Shown: positions 61,446 through 64,000 of the stretch, in pieces
Layout of the letters: each line of letters begins with the position of its first letter
Numbering within the stretch: position 1 is the first letter of the stretch
Made by a program: the position numbers and the translations under genes
Assembly (NCBI GenBank): GCA_963702005.1
Contig: OY969696.1
Coordinates: 3,328,001-3,392,000, forward strand
Origin: Candidatus Aminicenantes bacterium
GTDB taxonomy: Bacteria; Acidobacteriota; Aminicenantia; Aminicenantales; JAFGBC01
Direction of reading: 5' to 3'
Length of the DNA stretch: 64,000 bases
Notes under the pieces: generated by a model
Told to the model about the DNA's origin: nothing
Database searches by the model: none
Seen by the model: only the letters and a program-made list of their open reading frames with translations

Positions 61446-62255
61446 ATGAAAAAAAGGATCATCGGGCTACTGGCGCTTTTACTGATGGCGGCACTCCCCT
61501 CGCCGGCCGCGGTGCCTGACGAAGTCTTGCCCCGTACCATCCTGGGGATCTTCGGCGGGATGGGGCCCGAGGCGACGGCCAACCTCTACCAGATGATCAT
61601 CGAGATCACCCCGGCCGCCAAGGACCAAGACCATGTCCCGACGCTCATCTTCAGCTTCCCTCAAGTCCCGGACCGGACGACGGCCATTCGGACCGGGGAC
61701 CGCTCCATCGTTCCCTACCTCGTCGAGGGGGTGCGCCTCCTGGAGAAGGCCGGCGCCACCCTGATCGTCATCCCCTGCAACACGGCCCACTACTATTACG
61801 ACGACATGCAGAAAGCGGTCCATATCCCGATCATCCATATGATCCGGGAAGCGGCGCTGGAAACACTCAAACGCCACCCCGGGCTCAAGGCGGTTGGGCT
61901 TCTGGCCACGAGCGGGACGATCGCCTCCGGCCTTTATGAGAGGGAATTTCGCGACAGGGGGGTTGCCGTGATCGTTCCCGATGAAGGGCAGCAGTCCGAC
62001 CTGGTCATGCGCTCGATCGGGCTCATCAAAGCCCGCCAGGATCGGGACCTGTGCCGGGAGCTGCTGGGCCAGGCCGGTCGCGATCTCGTCCGGCGCGGCG
62101 CCCAGGTCATCGTCCTCGGCTGCACCGAAATTCCCCTTGCCTTCGATCCCGCGACGGTCGACGTCCCGGTCGTCAACGCCAGCCGGGTCCTTGCCGAGGC
62201 CGCCCTTCGCCTCTATCAGGAGCAGGTCCGCGAGCGGGCGTCGGCCAGCCGCTGA
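61446..62255 (+). CDS. Aspartate/glutamate racemase-family enzyme with a Sec-type signal peptide
   Basis: GIFGGMGPEAT, DQDH, PDRT, PCNTAH, GLLATSGT and LGCTEIP; N-terminus MKKRIIGLLALLLMAALPSPAA; GGAGG RBS. Confidence 0.9.
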   Translation: MKKRIIGLLALLLMAALPSPAAVPDEVLPRTILGIFGGMGPEATANLYQMIIEITPAAKDQDHVPTLIFSFPQVPDRTTAIRTGDRSIVPYLVEGVRLLEKAGATLIVIPCNTAHYYYDDMQKAVHIPIIHMIREAALETLKRHPGLKAVGLLATSGTIASGLYEREFRDRGVAVIVPDEGQQSDLVMRSIGLIKARQDRDLCRELLGQAGRDLVRRGAQVIVLGCTEIPLAFDPATVDVPVVNASRVLAEAALRLYQEQVRERASASR

Positions 62256-62277
62256 TTGTAGAATAGCCTTTTCCCCG

Positions 62278-62307
62278 GTCAACTAAACGGCCCCGATCTC
62301 CGTCTAA
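62278..62307 (+). promoter_or_regulatory. Putative ECF sigma (auto)promoter GTCAAC-N17-CGTCTAA
   Basis: Directly upstream of the second ECF sigma gene; same motif as at 8964 and 20897. Confidence 0.65.
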
Positions 62308-62344
62308 CAGATGAAAATGGCGATATAATCCCCTGTAAGACCCG

Positions 62345-62872
62345 ATGGATATGGACGAAGATCAAATTATCGCGCGGTGCCAGGCGGGCGATCTGGCCGC
62401 CTACAGGCAGATCTACGACCGCTACAGTCAGCCCCTCCTTCGCACGGCCCTGCGGCTTCTGGGCCGTCCCCAGGAGGCGGAGGACGCCGTCCAGGAGACT
62501 TTTCTCAAGCTCTACAGGGGGATCTCGGGATTCCGGCGGGGAGCGCGTTTCAGCACCTACCTGTTTCAGATTCTCAATAACGCCTGCATCGATATGCTCC
62601 GTAAAAGGAAGCCCCAAAGCGATTCCGTCGACGCCGAAAGGCTCCCGGTCGCCTCGTCCCACGAGCTGGGCCACAGCCTGACCCAAGCCGTCGAAAGCCT
62701 GCCTGCTAAGATGAAGGCCTGTTTTATCCTGTTCGCGATAGAGCAGTTTTCTCAGGAGGAGGCCGCCGACATCCTGGGCGTCGACGTGGGAACCGTAAAA
62801 ACGAACGTCCACCGGGCGCGAAAGAAGCTGAGGACCTGGCTCGCCGCCGGTCCGGCGGGAGGAACGGCATGA
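62345..62872 (+). CDS. ECF RNA polymerase sigma factor
   Basis: EAEDAVQETFLKLY...FSTYLFQILNNACID and EEAADILGVDVGTVKTNVHRAR. Confidence 0.93.
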   Translation: MDMDEDQIIARCQAGDLAAYRQIYDRYSQPLLRTALRLLGRPQEAEDAVQETFLKLYRGISGFRRGARFSTYLFQILNNACIDMLRKRKPQSDSVDAERLPVASSHELGHSLTQAVESLPAKMKACFILFAIEQFSQEEAADILGVDVGTVKTNVHRARKKLRTWLAAGPAGGTA

Positions 62873-63519
62873 ATTGCAATAAATTCGAGGCTTATGAAGA
62901 GGGGCGGATGACCCGCTGTGAATTCGCCGATCACGTCCGCGAATGCGCGGCCTGCACGGCATCGGCCGCCCTTGACGGCCGTTTGGACAAGGAATTGACT
63001 AAAATGAGAGAACCGGTTCAAGCTTCGGGACTATGGGAGCGCATCGAGGCCGCGCTCGCCAAGGAAAAGGCCGCCGCTTCCGCCATGGAAGAAAGACGTC
63101 CCGCCCGCCGCCCGACGGTCGCCGATTTCCTGAGACGCCCCCGGCCGATTCTCGTTGCGGCCGGCGCCGCCGCCCTGGCCATTCTGATTCTGGGGGGAGC
63201 TTATCTTGTCTTCATAAAACCACTCTCTTCTCCTGGAATCCTAGCCCAACGGGCCCTGGCTCAAGTCGAGCTCAAGGAAAAGGAATATGCCGACGCCATC
63301 GCAGCCCTCGAAAAACAGGCCCGTCCCAGGATCGAGGCCATGGATCTCCAGATGATGTCCCTGTATCGGGACAAGCTGGCCACGATCGATTCCCAGATCG
63401 AAAGGTGCAAAGAGGCCTTGGCCTCAAACCCGGCGAATGCCCACATCCGGTCTTACCTGCTGGCCGCGCTTCAGGACAAGCGGCAGACCCTGACCGATGC
63501 GCTCGGATCGATGAATTGA
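62869..63519 (+). CDS. Zinc-finger transmembrane anti-sigma factor
   Basis: ATGA overlap with the sigma gene; HVRECAAC motif; one TM segment; helical C-terminus. Confidence 0.85.
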   Translation: MNCNKFEAYEEGRMTRCEFADHVRECAACTASAALDGRLDKELTKMREPVQASGLWERIEAALAKEKAAASAMEERRPARRPTVADFLRRPRPILVAAGAAALAILILGGAYLVFIKPLSSPGILAQRALAQVELKEKEYADAIAALEKQARPRIEAMDLQMMSLYRDKLATIDSQIERCKEALASNPANAHIRSYLLAALQDKRQTLTDALGSMN

Positions 63520-63542
63520 ATAAAACGAAACGGGAGGAACAT

Positions 63543-64000
63543 ATGAAACACAAAGTCCTTGCTGTTCTCGGCGCCGCGATGATTTTCCTGGCCGCCGCCT
63601 TCGGCGCGGCCGGCACTGAACGGTCCGGCCTCTTGGGAGACAACGCTAAAAATGTCCAGACAAAAAAATTCGCGGCGGGCACTCTGGCCCCGGGGAAATC
63701 GCTCCGGGTGGAGCGAACCCAGGCTCAGCTGACGATCTCCGGCTGGGACAAGAACGAGATCGCCGTCGAAGCGTTTGTCGAGGTCGGAGACTCCGATCCG
63801 GACTCCGTCAAGGAATTCCTGGACAACACGACCCTGAAGCTCGAGCCCGAGGCCGGCGGATTCGTCCTCCGGCTGACGGCGCCCTGGGACTGGGAGAAAG
63901 GCCGGGGGGGCGTCCTTAAAAAACTCGCCGACGCCCTGCGCAGCGGCCGCTGGAATATCTCTTACGCGGCCCGGATCGATATCCACGTCCCGGCCAGCCA
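63543..64000 (+). CDS. Secreted DUF4097-like beta-strand repeat protein (partial, runs off the window)
   Basis: Not in the ORF track. GGGAGG RBS; MKHKVLAVLGAAMIFLAAAFG signal; LTISGWDKNEIAVEA...ARIDIHVPA pattern; typical position after an ECF/anti-sigma pair. Confidence 0.7.
   Translation, partial: MKHKVLAVLGAAMIFLAAAFGAAGTERSGLLGDNAKNVQTKKFAAGTLAPGKSLRVERTQAQLTISGWDKNEIAVEAFVEVGDSDPDSVKEFLDNTTLKLEPEAGGFVLRLTAPWDWEKGRGGVLKKLADALRSGRWNISYAARIDIHVPAS

Overview
GC-rich bacterial chromosomal segment, probably from a diderm anaerobic heterotroph. The gene content resembles Ca. Aminicenantes/Acidobacteriota, but this is inference only. It is dominated by secreted proteins: glycoside hydrolases (DUF4091/GH123-like, GH106-like, discoidin-GH, GH2 beta-galactosidase, BNR sialidase-like), peptidases (M28, M14, S9, zincins) and two SBBP beta-propeller proteins. 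It also carries fprA, serS followed by two tRNA-Ser genes, cobO, a large (Alu-type) SRP RNA, a YfiR-diguanylate cyclase pair, a MarR-TolC-MFP-RND operon, an MntA/HepT toxin-antitoxin pair and two ECF sigma/anti-sigma operons. The most striking unannotated signal is a family of short (about 70-110 bp) modular palindromic elements: 5 units at 4 loci, bounded by GTCAA at both ends, each abutting the TTGAC of the -35 box of a minus-strand sigma70-type promoter, with IS200/IS605-like end hairpins. Other notable items are two amino-acid racemases with export signals (Tat and Sec), a shared ECF promoter motif, a circularly permuted CBM inside a GH domain, leaderless genes and several gene lesions. 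All calls come from reading the sequence by eye; no searches were run.
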